Shown: positions 23,893 through 37,408 of the stretch, one piece after another
How the letters are laid out: every line of letters starts with the position of its first letter
Numbering within the stretch: the stretch's first letter is position 1
Assembly: GCF_000143415.4 (NCBI RefSeq)
Contig: NW_003314265.1
Coordinates: forward strand, 262,405-326,404
Source: Selaginella moellendorffii
Lineage: Eukaryota > Plantae > Lycopodiophyta
Reading direction: 5' to 3'
DNA: 64,000 nt
The notes under the pieces: generated by a model
The model's database searches: none
Told to the model about the DNA's origin: nothing
What the model saw: the letters and a program-made list of their open reading frames with translations, nothing else
Translations under genes and position numbers: made by a program

Positions 23893-24822
23893 TATAAAAT
23901 ATGTAACTCTTTGTGTCATTACTCATGTGGATGTAATGTGCAAAATTGATATATATCATATTGTGTCCATGTATGAAAGGCACTAGAGTGGGTATTTGCT
24001 AGACATCTCAAGGAGCTTTTATCAAGGTTTCTTGTATTAGATTTTCACAGAAGGTGATAAGATGGAGCTCCACACATTCACAGTCAAAGTCATCCTCAAA
24101 AAAGACATTGTTTCCAATAAATTCGGCTTTCTGAGCAATCTTCTACAGTTACTTTTGCCTGAAATTGTTGTACTCCTTCATGAGAAGAATAAATTATTGA
24201 ATATAGAACAGAAGTATAGGTGCAGTTATTAAATATGCTTATAAATGTTTGCTCTTGCAGTTCTACACCATATCCATTGTCCTTGGCATGAGCAAAGAAT
24301 TATGTTCAAGAGAATGGCCGAGAGAGGCATGGTTTCTTATCGAGCATGATCGTCTAAGCAGGCTTTTCAGCATCTTGTGGAAGGTTGATCATATTGCAAT
24401 TCTCCTCTGCAATTCTTGAGCTGTGGAACATATAACATGCAATCAATCTTTAAAATAGCCTAATCAACTCTACCATGTGAAAACCAAAGACTAGGCTGAG
24501 ATGAGACTGAGCAGTATGATCTCATTGGGATCCCAGTTATATGTAGACTTGGAGCATCACACATATATGTAAATGCCACTATGGTGTGTTTTCTTGGGTT
24601 TCACTTTAGTGTTTGAGACAATAGTTTATGAATTACATGCCACCACTTAGTTGTTAATGAGTACATTGACATCAAAACGGTATGAACTTCACAATATTAT
24701 CTAAATTTTTAATTTTACAGTTCAGAAGAAAAGACACCTAAGAACCAAACCACAAGCCTCACCACCTTCCGCCTCAAACGAGCAATAGTGTGGTAGTGGC
24801 ATTGAACACGCTCTAAGCTAAT

Positions 24823-24846
24823 CTCTCTCTCTCTCTCTCTCTCTCT
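24823..24846. repeat. (CT)n microsatellite
   Basis: Direct reading. Other microsatellites: (CA)n ~25881-25905, (GA)n ~25964-25981 and ~39948-39971. Confidence 0.9.
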
Positions 24847-27800
24847 ATGCGCCAGTTTGCTTTGCAATAATTATCTCTTAGCCTGGTAAATAACCGAATA
24901 GAGTTCTCTTGCATATACTTTGGTTTCTAAAGCTTTGAGTTTAAGAGACTGGGTGGATGCACAATGTATTGTCACTAATTTTCTCTCTTTGATCCAGCAT
25001 GCTTGTCTCTGCTCCAAGCATTGGGCAATACCTTAAATGCCCGATGTTAACGCCATCGCGACCAAAATTGAACAACAAGATCGCTCATTCACTCCCAAAC
25101 CAAAGGAACTCTCTTCGTCCCACGCTCCACATCCAGACACAAAAGTACACTTCAATTGATCTCTAAGTGCAAGGTTGACGAAGGAAAAGCTCCTCCATTT
25201 CGTTCATCCAGATCAGTCCATTTTAATTCCGCAGTTTCAAAGCAAAACGTCGGTGGCCCGGTATACACTCTCACACGCAAAACAAGCCTTCATAACGCGC
25301 AGGGACAAACACGCAGACAACGGAGAAAGGAATCCGATTGACAAAATGGATTGAAAGAGAGAGGCCTCTTTAAAGATGGGAGATGACAAGATTGGCATAA
25401 TCTTTTGAGGTGGCCACAATTCTCCTCTCTTGCAGCCATGCCCTATATGGGCTGCTCTTGCTCGACAAGTAGACAAAGTACACACAGACGTTGAACCTTG
25501 CCATGTATATCGTCTCTTTATTACGTGGACAAAGAGCCTTGTCCAATGCTTTCCACCGACTCGAAAGCCAGATAAACAAACAAACAAATAAATGAAATTA
25601 AGAATAAGAATCTTAATATTTTTCTCCATATTCAACTATCTGTGTGACTGCTGTTTTCTCCTCTTTAGTAAAGGCCATGCAAAATGCCCGAGTCCGGGTT
25701 CTTGTCCTTGAAAAGCGATGCCCAAATACAAATGCCACCAAGTGACTTGGATTTTGCTTTTTGGGAGGATAGATCTCGCTACCAAACACAAGGATGCATA
25801 CAAAGAAAGCCTCCCTCTGCCTTTTTCCACTGCCATTCGCCACCAACCAAACCCAATACAAAGAGAACTTCCTCTCCAAAACACACACACACACACACAC
25901 ACACATCATGTGTGTCCCATCTGTTAAAGGAGGGGACCTCCAAAAGTCAAGAAAAAAAAAGGTGAGAGAGAGAGAGAGAGATCAGAGAATGGTGGCCCCT
26001 TTGTCAAGATCCCTCCGAATCTCTCACACATGGCACGCAACACACAAGAGAAACAAAGAATGACTTTTGGTGTTGTTAAAGCGAGCTCTCGGAAGTATGT
26101 CTCTCAACTTTCGGGGTTTGTATGTGAGTGTGCGTTTTGGGGGATGAGAAAGGCCATGTTATGTAGCAAGAACCACTTGACACGGTCTAAAGTTGGGCAT
26201 GGCGATCTAAGAAGCTTAGAGTTGGGCATGGCGATGGAGAAGGCCAAGCTAAAAGAAACTTTATGATTTTGGTCACGGGAGCTTTATTCTTGGTCGTGAT
26301 TGCGGGGCATCTGTTGGCCTCATACTCAAAGTATATGCCGAGCCCACTCCGCAAAGCTGTAGAATCGAACCCGAGCGGATCAGTCTCTCTCTATTTTACT
26401 TGCGCTGGAATCTCTCAACTATCATGACGGGATTCCAGCTTTCCTCAAACCAAAAGAGGTGCTTGATATGTTCCATCATGCAGCCGAAGAAAGTCACCTC
26501 ATGAATCACAATCTTCCTCCCATTTGGCCACTCCATCATTCCGGGAGCAATAATACTGTTCCATTTTGGTTAGAATAGTATTATCATGATCAAGCTGATA
26601 TTATATGAGTAATAACTTGATACTTGTGAAAGGACCTGTTTAACCAGACCTCAAACAGTAGATGTTACACTGCTGCTCATCAGGGGGACAATTTCCATCC
26701 CACAAGTTCCACGTAGAAGCCAAAAAAATCTACAAGACAAAACACAAAGCATTGCTATAATATCCCCCACGTATATAATACATATCATTTCAAGGCTGCC
26801 AGGTATTGCATGATGAAGCGCCAAAAAGATAACATTTGGTGCTCCTCCACCATGGACGATCCATGGATGATGGATGATGGATCGATCCAAAAGGGGGGAG
26901 ACGAAGAGGAGGATCGATTCCAATGTTCCATTCCATTACACACTTAAATCTAGACTAGTGCTTCCTCCCGGAATGATGCGTGCAATCATTCGCTTTGGGG
27001 ACTACATGAAATCGAGCGCGCAAAAGCATAGAATTATTCTGGAATTTGTCACCCTGGACGGAGGGGTTATTTAAAAAGCAAAAGTTTCGGCCGGGAACGA
27101 ATCGAGGGAAGGGATAGAAGAGAAGAAGGCCTCTGTAGGCAATGCATGCGCACTGCTCTTCGGTCCTAGATTTTGCCAAGCGACGGCCTGGATTCGGTCA
27201 GGCACCGGACCTGGACGGCCTGGATGGACGACGTCCTGCAATAACATTCATGTACAGTGTGGAAGGGAATCTTGTGTGTACGGGACACTCATTGAAACCT
27301 CAAAGTGGCTTTCCGTACCCCTTTTCTAGTTGGACCCACCTGAAGAAAAATATAACATGCTCTTAAAAAACTGTAAAGGCCAGAACTCGTCCTGGCTGTA
27401 GCACTTACGCAAATTCATAAAGCTGCTGCTGAATGGGGCCATGCCTCGACTTTTTATTTTCTTTTTCCTTTTAGTTTTTCAAATTTTGTTCTCTCTAGTT
27501 TTCCCTTGTTTTCAGTATTATTATTTGTATAATTTGGGTTTGAAAAAGAAACGCCTTGCGAGACAAAGGGATGCTTTTGGTAGCCATGATACTACGAACA
27601 ACATGATGGCTGCAAGTTCTGTTCAATCAACGGCCACGGGCGAACCACGTGGTACGTCAAAATGTCAAGTATCCTTTACTCTTTCACTCCAAGGAAGGCG
27701 TTTCTTCTTCCTTGTATATGTTCAATGCCTAAAGGCGCGTTTGTTTGGACGTATAGCAAAAAAGGTGGCAGCCTGGCTGGTTGCTGCAACCTCCATGTGG

Positions 27801-30596
27801 AGGGGGACACATCTTCGCTGCACGACCGCATATCACTGTCCCCATTCTTCGCAAGGAAGCAAAACAAAGGAGATAAAGGCGAGAGCATGGATCAAATCTG
27901 ATCGAGCGGACAAAGCCACCCTTTCTTTCCCTTTTCTGTGTGATAGATTCTTCCAAGAGTCTCTACTCTTAACCAGTGAGCCGAGGGGTTAAGACAGGAA
28001 AGCTTGCAAATGCCGCGTTGGGGCATTTTTCTTGTGGCTAAAAAGCCGTAAAGGTGCAACGCAGCGCTGCATTCAAGGCGAAAAGATGGCTTCTGGTAGT
28101 GTTTCCACAGCAGGTTTGATTTTTTGGAGAGGGCCTTTCTTTCTCTATTTTGTTTTGGCATTGTTTGTTGGAGAGGGCCAAAAGAGGAGAGGGGAGGCGA
28201 GGCGAGGGTCCCCCAAAGCTTTATGAAAGGAGAGATTCCCTTAAAGGTGGTGTCAGGGAGGTTAGCGTTTGGCTGGCCTCATGTTGTTTGTTGGTGGGGT
28301 TATGGTTTTCCTCCTTGTGTGGCCTGGAGCGATTTCTATACTCCAAGTATCTCAGTCGCCATAGCCAGCCATTATAGATGGAATTCCATGGAAGAATTTC
28401 TAAGTTATCTTTCTCTTGACTTATTCTATAACAAAACCATAAGGTTAAAGACACTTTTCCTGATGTTGCCATCACCAAATTCCAAGCACTTGCTTTCTTG
28501 TTCCATTAGCAAGGAAGCAAAGCAAAGGTGGAAAGAATGGACCACGAGACCCCGAATCATTCACAAAAGATTCCCATCATTGTGTTCTAGTATGCATAAC
28601 AATCTTGTCAAAGATATATATATGAGATCTCAGGAAAATGAGAACCCAAAAGCAAAGACAATGCCACTGTTTGTTCTGCTGAGATGTTTCTTTCGCTAAT
28701 AAGAAAGCTCGCAAAAGTCACACCATTGAGATCAAACTAAAGCCAGGAACTCTAAACAATGACGCAAAGATCTCCCAAGCTTCAGGTCATTGTCATTGCT
28801 TTGCACGCACTCGAAAAATGTTATGGGTTTTGGTGAGAGAGGGCTGCTTTTTTTGGGAGCAAACGCTTCTATCTAAGCAGCTTTAGGCAGGTTAGAACTT
28901 TAGTATTCTATTCTATGTCCAGCACAGCCAGCTTTTTGGGCAACAGGAGGAGCAGTAGCTTGATGGTCAAGTCTATCTATCTAGACACTGTTTGATTGAT
29001 AGTCTTGTGGTGCTCAATTTGGACATGAGACTGATGGATGCAAAAATCAAGTCTTTATCGGCGTCTAAACAGCATTGAACTTGGGTGACCTGATTTGTTT
29101 GATGCATTCAAAGCTCAAAATCCGGACAAAATATCTTGAGATCCATGATCTACTAAGACCTTTAACTTGGGTGAAGTTGAATATAAGCAAAAGAGAGAAT
29201 GTCCCCATCAACTTAATGGCATTTTCGTTTGTCACCAGAAAAGTTGGCTCTTGTTTGTCATGGACTGATCCGGCTAGATTACGGCATGGCTTACAACTTT
29301 TGGACATAAACAGGGGATTTCGGTTGGAAGGGAATCGAACCGGCATCAAGTGTGCCAGAGGGGAGGATCTTTTATGCGTGTACGTACCCCTGGCCCCTTT
29401 GGCGAGTTTTAACAAATGAAGCCTTTTTCCAATGGCCCGCCGCTTTTACGCAATAAAAACAAAAAGCAGTGCTGCTACTGGTGGGGGCCGCCACCGTGGG
29501 AGCGGTAAAAGTGAAAAGTTTTAACCCAATCCACACACACACGGACGCTATAGTTCTTCCTCCTGTGCTTTTCACTTACCTTTATTACTTTGCTATTTGA
29601 GAGGCAAAAGAAATGATCTTGTGTCCTTTTTAGGGCATTATGATTCCATCCATGCATGATCATTGATGCACATCATGGACCCATAAAGCATAGGATGAAT
29701 GCCCATGCGGACGTGGCGCGGGCGGCCCGGTTCTTGGTGACGTGTGGGGATCCTGGCCGGACAGCTGGAGCCCTCATGCCGCGCTGGCGGCAGTGGGGCA
29801 TAAAAATGCAGGGCAAAGTTTTTTGGGGGCGAGGCTATGGCGGCGACGGGGCCCAGCCTGCTTTTGAGGGACATTCATTGCGATTTCATTGGAATCGGGT
29901 GTCCCTCTTTTCTCGATTCGTGAAGAGAGTCTCATTGCGAAAAATAGGGGGGAGAAAAGAGTGAGAGATGAAAAAAGAGAAAGAATTGGAAAGGCAGTAG
30001 CAGCAGCAGCACTGCAGAGGGTCTCTTGAAATCAGTTCGATTCTTCCGGATTTTTGGTCTCTGGAAAATTTTCTCGTTTTTTTTTTTTTGTGGTTAGTGT
30101 CATTTTTTGTTTGGTTAAATGGTGAAAGACAGCGTTGAAATTTTGGGGGTGAGGATAGGTAAGGGGTCGCAATTGTGAGAGTTTTTTTTCAAAGGGGTGC
30201 TATGGTGGTGTGTATGGGGAACACCAGTTGAGAGTTATGGAGGTGGATGTGAGATTGATTTGATCCGAGAGGGAAAAGGGGGAGAGGATCTGATCGCGCG
30301 CGTATACTTTTTTTCTCTCCACTCGTTCCTCTGCCGCCACTGAGGAGGAGGAAGAGGAGGAGATAGATTGATGCATTTAGTTCCTCTAAAGACACGGATC
30401 ACCGCGCGCAAATCCAGGCAAGTTGGTCTCCTTCGGCGAGCTTTGGAGAAGCGCGAGCTTCCTTTCTCCGCTCCCAGGCTCGCGCGGCTGGCAATTCTCT
30501 CGATCTTCCAAATTCCGATCGAGCTTCGATCCTCCGCGGGGTTTCGAGACGACCACCGAGCTCACGCGCGTGAATTCCTTCCAGGAGGAGGAAAAG

Positions 30597-33500
30597 ATGC
30601 GGGCGGGGGTGTCCACCGTGCAGCAGACGCTAACCACCGAGGCCGCCAATGTTCTCAAGCTGGCGGTGGCGGAGGCGCAGCGGCGCGGCCACGCCCAAGT
30701 CACTCCCTTGCATGTCGCCACCACGCTACTGTCGGGCACCACCAGCGTCCTCCGCCAGGCCTGTATCCAATCCCACTTGCACCTCCCGCAGCCCCCACAT
30801 TGCCGCAGCCTCGAGCTTTGCTTCAAGGTGGCGCTGGATCGATTGCAAACCAGCACCACCACCGGTAACTCCACTCCCTCCTCCACCGCCACCCCGGTGA
30901 CTCCAGCAGCTCCTCCGCCATCTTCTTCTTCTTCTCCATCGTCTTTGCTCCACCACCACCACCATCACCACCAGCACCACCACCAAATCCAGCAGCAGCA
31001 GCAGCTCCACCACCAGCACCACCACCACCAGCAACCGGCGCTCTCCAACGCGCTCGTCGCGGCTCTCAAGCGGGCACAGGCTCACCAGCGAAGGGGCTAC
31101 CCGGAGCAGCAGCAGGTCCCTCTCCTGGCCGTCAAGGTGGAGATGGAGCAGCTCATAATCTCCATCCTGGACGATCCCAGCGTCAGCCGGGTGATGAGGG
31201 AGGCCAGCTTCTCCAGCACCCAGGTGAAGAACAGCCTCGAGGAGGCGCTGGCTGCCGCAGCCGCCGCCGCCGCATCGTCGGCCTCGGGTGGATCGTCCAC
31301 CTGCGCTGCTCAGGCCAGGAGAATTCTACCATCTTCGGCAGGAGCGGCGGCTGCGGCGGCGGCAGCATCCATGGTTGGCAGTCCGAACTCTACCACCAGC
31401 GTCGACCGGTTGAGGCTGAAATTGGGATCCTTGGAGCAGTACACCGCGGCGGCAGCGGCAGCAGCAGGAGCTTCTCCGTTCCGAGCTGGAGTTTTCGGTC
31501 CGGGTTCCACCACCACCACCACCGCTCCAAATCTTCTCATTCCAGGCTTGCTCGTCCAGCAGTCGAGCAGAAGCATTGCTCCCGATCACCACCAACACCA
31601 CCAGCAGCTCAACAGCGTTCTCATGGGGATGACCATCCCTTCGAGCGGTAGCAGCAACAAGAGCTCCGTGGACGTGAGCCGGGTGCTGGAGATCCTTCTC
31701 AAGTCCAAGAAGAGGAATCCGCTGTTGTTTGGCGAGCAGCCGCCACACGGTGTCGCGCAGGAGGTGATGCACCGGCTCGACAAAGGTGACTGCGAGCCAA
31801 GCCTGTCCAACCTCCGGATACTCTCGCCGCAATTCGCCTCCATAGCTCTGGGACTGCATGCCAAGGACGAAGTCGAGCGCAAGCTCGCCGAGCTCGTCCG
31901 CTCCGTGGAGGAGAGCCTGCTGCGCTCCGCCGGCGTGGTGGTCTATCTGGGAGATTTGCAGTGGCTCGTCGAGAGGCCTTCTCCTCCTCCTCCTCCTCCA
32001 TCATCTGGAGCAGCGGCTCCCTCGTCGCCTCCCTACTGCCCCGTCCAACATACCGTGTCGGAGATTGGAAAGCTGCTGGCTGGACATAGCAGTCAAGTCT
32101 GGTTGATGGGGATCGCGTCGTCGCAAACTTATATGAGGTGCCAAGCTCGCCATCCTTCTCTCGATTCCTTGTGGGGGCTCCAACCTCTGCCAATCTCCAG
32201 TGGATTCAGCATGACTCTGCGGAACAGCGGCAGCAACGGCAGCGCCAGGTACGTGATAGGAACTTTTTCTCGACGCCGCTTCCTCCTCCCTTGACTCCAT
32301 TCGTGTCCTCGCAGGTTTGGAAGCTCAAACTGCGTAGAGTCTCCGTCACCTGTGCGTACTGCTGTTCCTGGCCGGTGGCCATCGTTGCCATTTAAGCTGC
32401 AGCCTGAAAATGGAAGCTTGGAGAACTGCTGTGCCGAGTGCGTTGCCAAGTACGAGCAGGAGGTGCAGGAGAATATCTCGAGCAGCGAGGAGCACACCCC
32501 CAGTGGCCTGCCATTCTGGCTCAAGCCAAACAAGGATGCCGACCAGGTTGGCACTTTCTTTCCACTACTGCTGCTCTCGCTTGTCGTGTTTTCTGACGAT
32601 GATATTTGCCAGGCAAATGGACGTAGCCAAAAGTTGAAGGAGCTCCAGAAGAAATGGTCGCAAACGTGCCGGAGCCTGCATGGGATGCGGCGAAACTCGA
32701 GCTCGACCAAAGGCTTCTCCTCCGAGACCGGTGCCAATGGCAAAGTTGCTTGCAGTACTACTGTTGGTGGTAGCTTGCCCATGTCGATCCCGTGGCTCTC
32801 TCTCCAGCCTCAAATCTCCAATGGCACGCAACCAGTGCCCGAGAAGAATGGACTGGCGGCTCGTAGTCACGGCGAAGAGGTTGGGCCCGTATGCACCAGC
32901 TTGGCGGAAGATGGCTTGTCCACGGATATCGGGCTGAGTCTCAAGCCATCCACTCCACATAGTTCTAGTCCGCAAGGAAAGCAACCGGATTCCGAGGTGA
33001 CGGTGCAAACTGACTTGGTTCTTGGACGGTCCGAGTCACTCAAGTGCAATGACAGCAGCGTCACCGCACAGTCGAAGGGCTTCACTGTTGATGCAAAGCC
33101 GCAACAACAACAGCACCAACGTCGCGAGGCCTTGGAAAGCCTAGCAGCTGGTTGCACAACTTCGGGTTCCTTTGGTTTTCCGGTCTTGCCTATATCACCC
33201 GAGAAGAGGAGTTACCAGAACGGGATTGACAAGCCACAGGTACCTGCTGTTATCAAACCGAACGTCTTCAAGGCTCCACCGGTGAAGGAACTCGACTATA
33301 AAGGTCTCTGCAAAGCTCTGGCAGAAAACGTACCGTGGCAACGGGATGCCGTCGACGCTGTGTCTTCCACAATTTTGAACCGTGCTGGAAGAGGCAACAC
33401 CTGGCTGCTGTTCCTGGGGCCGGATGCCATGGCGAAGAGGAAAGTCGCGAGAATTCTGGCGGAGCAAGTCTACGGTTCCGACAAAATGCTCCTCCGGTTG

Positions 33501-34517
33501 AGTTTGAGGTCCGGTAAGCGTCAGGAGCGGGACGTTGAAGCTGTGACTGGCAGAGGACGAACTCCACTGGATAGACTTGCTGATTCGGTGAGGAGCAAAC
33601 CGTTCTCGGTGGTACTTTTGGAAGATATAGAGCAAGCTGACCCGAGGCTGAAAAGTTCCCTGGTGAAGGCCATGGAGAGAGGTCGGCTGGCCGACTCGAG
33701 CGGACGAGAAGTAAGTGTGGCCAACTTGATCGTCATAATGACCTCCAGTATCGGAGAGGAGCTGCTGCCGCAGGAAAACCAATTCACGTCGCTGGAGTTG
33801 AACGAGAAGATCATTGCCGGTACTGAGATAGTCGGGATGAAGCTGGTTGCGGCCGAGGCAGCAGATCCGGAAGCCGTGCTCCACAAAGGCGAACGGGTGT
33901 CCGTCATTAGAAGCTCGGTTCCCAGTGATAGTACGTCGCATAGTAAGCGTAAGGCAGGAGCCAGCGACCTGATGGAAGCTCCGGCGGCTGTGGTGGAGAA
34001 GCGCAACAAGGTTGAGTCCCGAGGTGTGGAGCTCGACTTGAACCTGCCCCTGGAAGAAGACGAGGCAGCTCCAAAAGCTGGCGATAATGTGGTCGAGAAG
34101 ATCGACGTCAAGGATAGCCAAGTGAAGCTGCTACTCGAGAGGGCCTGCGACCAGCTTTCCAAGAACTTCTGGGACAGAATGAGCGGCACCATCGTGTTCA
34201 GGCCTTTCAACTTCACGAAGTTGGCCGAGCTTGTCGTCAAGGAGATTAGCACTGCTGCCTCTGGGCCGGAAGTTACCATAGAAGTAGAGTCCACCTTATT
34301 CAAGCATCTGGTTGCGGTTGTCTGGGAAGGCCAAGGGAGAAACGACGAGTTTCAGAGGTGGGTAACTCAGGTCCTCGAAAAGAGCGTTTTGAGTTTGGTG
34401 GAGAAGCACAAGCTGCCCGAGCAACATATCATCAAGCTGCTGGCGGACAGATCTGATCCTGCAGACGCAGTGTTACATTTGCCGAACAGAATTAAAATAG
34501 GAGATGAAGGAACGTGA
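30597..34517 (+). CDS. SMXL: SMAX1-LIKE (SMXL) ClpB-related repressor
   Basis: MRAGVSTVQQTLTTEAA..RRGHAQVTPLHVA, LSNALVAALKRAQAHQRRG, ILDDPSVSRVMREASFSS, WLLFLGPD, GRGRT degron-like motif and LDLNL EAR motif. Introns 32249-32314 and 32547-32612; probable 5'UTR intron 30159-30584. Confidence 0.95.
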
Positions 34518-34759
34518 CAAACCTGGTGAGAGGATCGCGGACAGTTCTCATTTCTCTTTCGGCTGAGTGTACTATAGTAACGATCACAATCCAGGTTACT
34601 GCAAAACAATCTTGGCATTGTACAGAACTTTACAAAAGGGAAACAAACAATTGCAACTACCCGCTGCAATTGTATTTTGCTGGCAAAATCTCCTTCCAGA
34701 GCTAGAAAGCTCTCGTGTTCGAAAGGAGCTCCTCAAAATCTATAGCTTTTGTCAGCACC

Positions 34760-37408
34760 TTATGATAACTTCTCAAGGTTTAGCCGGTCAAACAAGATGA
34801 GGAAGTGGTGATCAGGCAAGTAGAAAACGAATCCGAGCCTTGCACCATTCGTCGGGCCAGTTGTCTGGAAAGATATTGCTCAAATTAGAAAAGAACGAGA
34901 AAAGCCAGTAGCTTTAACTTACCCTTCCATCGAGTAATACAAGCTCTCCGTCAGTCCACTTGGGGTGTTTAAAGCCAGGATCTGCCAGTTGACCTTGGCC
35001 TCTGTATCGGGCAATCTGCAAAAACACACCAAAAAAATTCGCTTAAAATGCGAAGCCAATGAGAAAACAACATACCACTCCTAACTCCTCTGGATAGATG
35101 CCCAGTGGTGACATCCTGTTTTCTTTGGCAATACGTGCTCGAAAGCTTACCTGCCAGAAATTTCTAAGAATCAGCAAACAACCGACATACTCTTGGAAGC
35201 TTCATACCTGCCCCGCGGGAACGTTTAAATCGCCTGTCAGCTTAATAGCCTCCACATACTCGTAAAACTTGAGCTTGTCATCCGGGACTGATCTCTTCGT
35301 GTCCCAGTGGCCGTATTTCCGCTTAAGTTGAAGGATCTCCGGAGTGTTTGCGCCGAAAGCCCCAACATAGAGGCCTACATCAAACTGGAGAAATCAATAT
35401 ACGAGGTACTAAATACCAGCGTCCTACCCGTGAATGGATCAGAGGATTCAGTCACGTCGATGCGATGAAAGACAGTGGTCTTTGGCAAGCTCTGCATTTT
35501 TTGCGCCTGATTCACAGCGAGCTTGATAACCTCTTTTAGCTCTTTAGAAACCTGTAACTACAGTATCAACAGTTTGCAGAAACAAACAGAAAGTCTAGAA
35601 ATCACCTGCACTGGCACCTTTTCCACATTCCACAACTTTTGAGCCACGTCATCGGGCATCTGATCTGCTGACGCCTTAGTGGCAATCCTCGCAACCTTCC
35701 AAGCCTTCGAATCGTCCTGGTGAATATCGTCCGGAATAGAATCAATGTGAAGCACAAAACTGTCTATTGACTCTTGCTTGATGGTAGCGGGCACCCTCAC
35801 TGCAGGACCGATAGAACCATCTCCGCCTTCTCCAGGAGAAGCTCCACCTATAACTACTCTGATGGTAACAGCCTTATCGCCCGGGACCTGGTCGTCCCCT
35901 GCCTTTCCCTCGGTATCGGACGATTCTTGAACGACTATCCCACCAATGGCAGAGGCATCACTTTTATCCCGGTGCTCTTTCTGCTCCCTCTCGATTATCT
36001 CCTCGATAATCTTTGGGATGTCTGGCTCTGAACCTTCTGGAGCGATCACCTTTATAACTTTCATGTTGAGGTCGGGGATTCTATCCTTTAAGAAGTCGAC
36101 TATACCGCTAGCTTGTACGTGTGCTTCATCGGAGTCGTCATCTGCTTTCTCGTTTTCCTGCTTTTCTGTCTTTCCTGCGCTCTTTGTTCTGTTCTTTTCT
36201 TCCGTGCTTTCATTTTCCGCCTGCTGAACTATTTCGTCAATGTCAATATCGACAAGTTTATCCAGGTCTGCTGCTTCTGCTTCTGCTGGGTGTTGCAAGT
36301 AAACAACCTGTGCACAGGGGAAAGTTATTCTCAAGTTCTTCCTTAAAAAGGCCCACCTGCTTGTTGAATCCATTATCTTCCTTCTTAACAAAAACTTCGA
36401 ATAACGCATCACCTTCTGCACCATTCTTTTGAGCAAAGGTAGCTAACTGCCTGCAAAACATAAGGATTCGCATTGTTCCATCTTAAATCCGAGAAAACCT
36501 GGCAGTGTAGTTCTGTGCTATAAGCCTGCCATGAGCGGCTCTCACCCTGATAATTCTCCCAAAAGGATCACTTCCATCTTTGGAGATGCCTGCCCACCAT
36601 CCTACCTGCAAGGCAGTGAAATGGAATGACAACGGCGGTACGAAGCACAGACATACCAGGCCAGCACCAGCTTCATCTCTCAAGCGTGCAGCGTCTTTGT
36701 ATCGTTCCTCTTGCAAAGCTCTCTAGAGACAAAAATAAAAAATAAAATAAAAATCGTTCATGCATGTATATCAGAGGAAAATGGGAAGAAAAAACGACCT
36801 GAAGCTCTTTGTTAACTTCCGATATCACGTCGTTTGCTTTGGCTGCTTCGATAGCTCTCTTTAGCTTCGCTGCCTCTTGAAAATGTTCCAGCTTCACAGC
36901 TTCCTCTAGCTGGAACTGCGCAAGCCACAAACGATAAGTAACACCAAACGAAAATCCAAGAAAAAGAGTGACAAACTTTTAAAGCCGAGATGAGATTGTC
37001 CTCCTCCTCCACCTTTGGAAAATGCTCCTGCCACGACTTCCATTCCTTATCCTCGGGGGAAGACGACGAAGACGACGATCCCGACGACGATGCAATGTAC
37101 TCCTCCAGCTTCCTCGAGGAAACACTCTTGATTCTCAACACTCTCTCATCGGTGCCCGATGTTTCCGCATTTCCCTCGGAATTGTCATCCACAGCGCGGC
37201 ATTGGCACCTAATGACGCCGCGCAACCTACTCGATACTCTCACCACATTACCAGCGCTCGTCCACGCACTTACTGGAAATTGGAAGTGCTGCCGCGACGA
37301 AGAACACGCCAGAAGATTGGATGATCCTCCTATTCCCCCCAGTGACGACGATGAGGACGATCGCGACCCCAATCCAGCAGCAGCCTGGCTCACCAAGGCA
37401 GCAGCCAT
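34760..37408 (-). CDS. EX1/EX2: EXECUTER family protein (UVR domains + DUF3506), chloroplast singlet-oxygen signalling
   Basis: Ser-rich transit peptide, [67 protein letters not shown], ending [13 protein letters not shown]. Confidence 0.92.

Noticed and set aside
27441-28699. 183-aa and 191-aa ORFs upstream of SMXL
   Set aside because: Non-protein-like composition, no domain, no coherent splice structure.
29328-29345. B-box-like GGTTCGATTC on the minus strand (also near 26363-26373)
   Set aside because: No A-box or cloverleaf, so no tRNA or SINE is supported.
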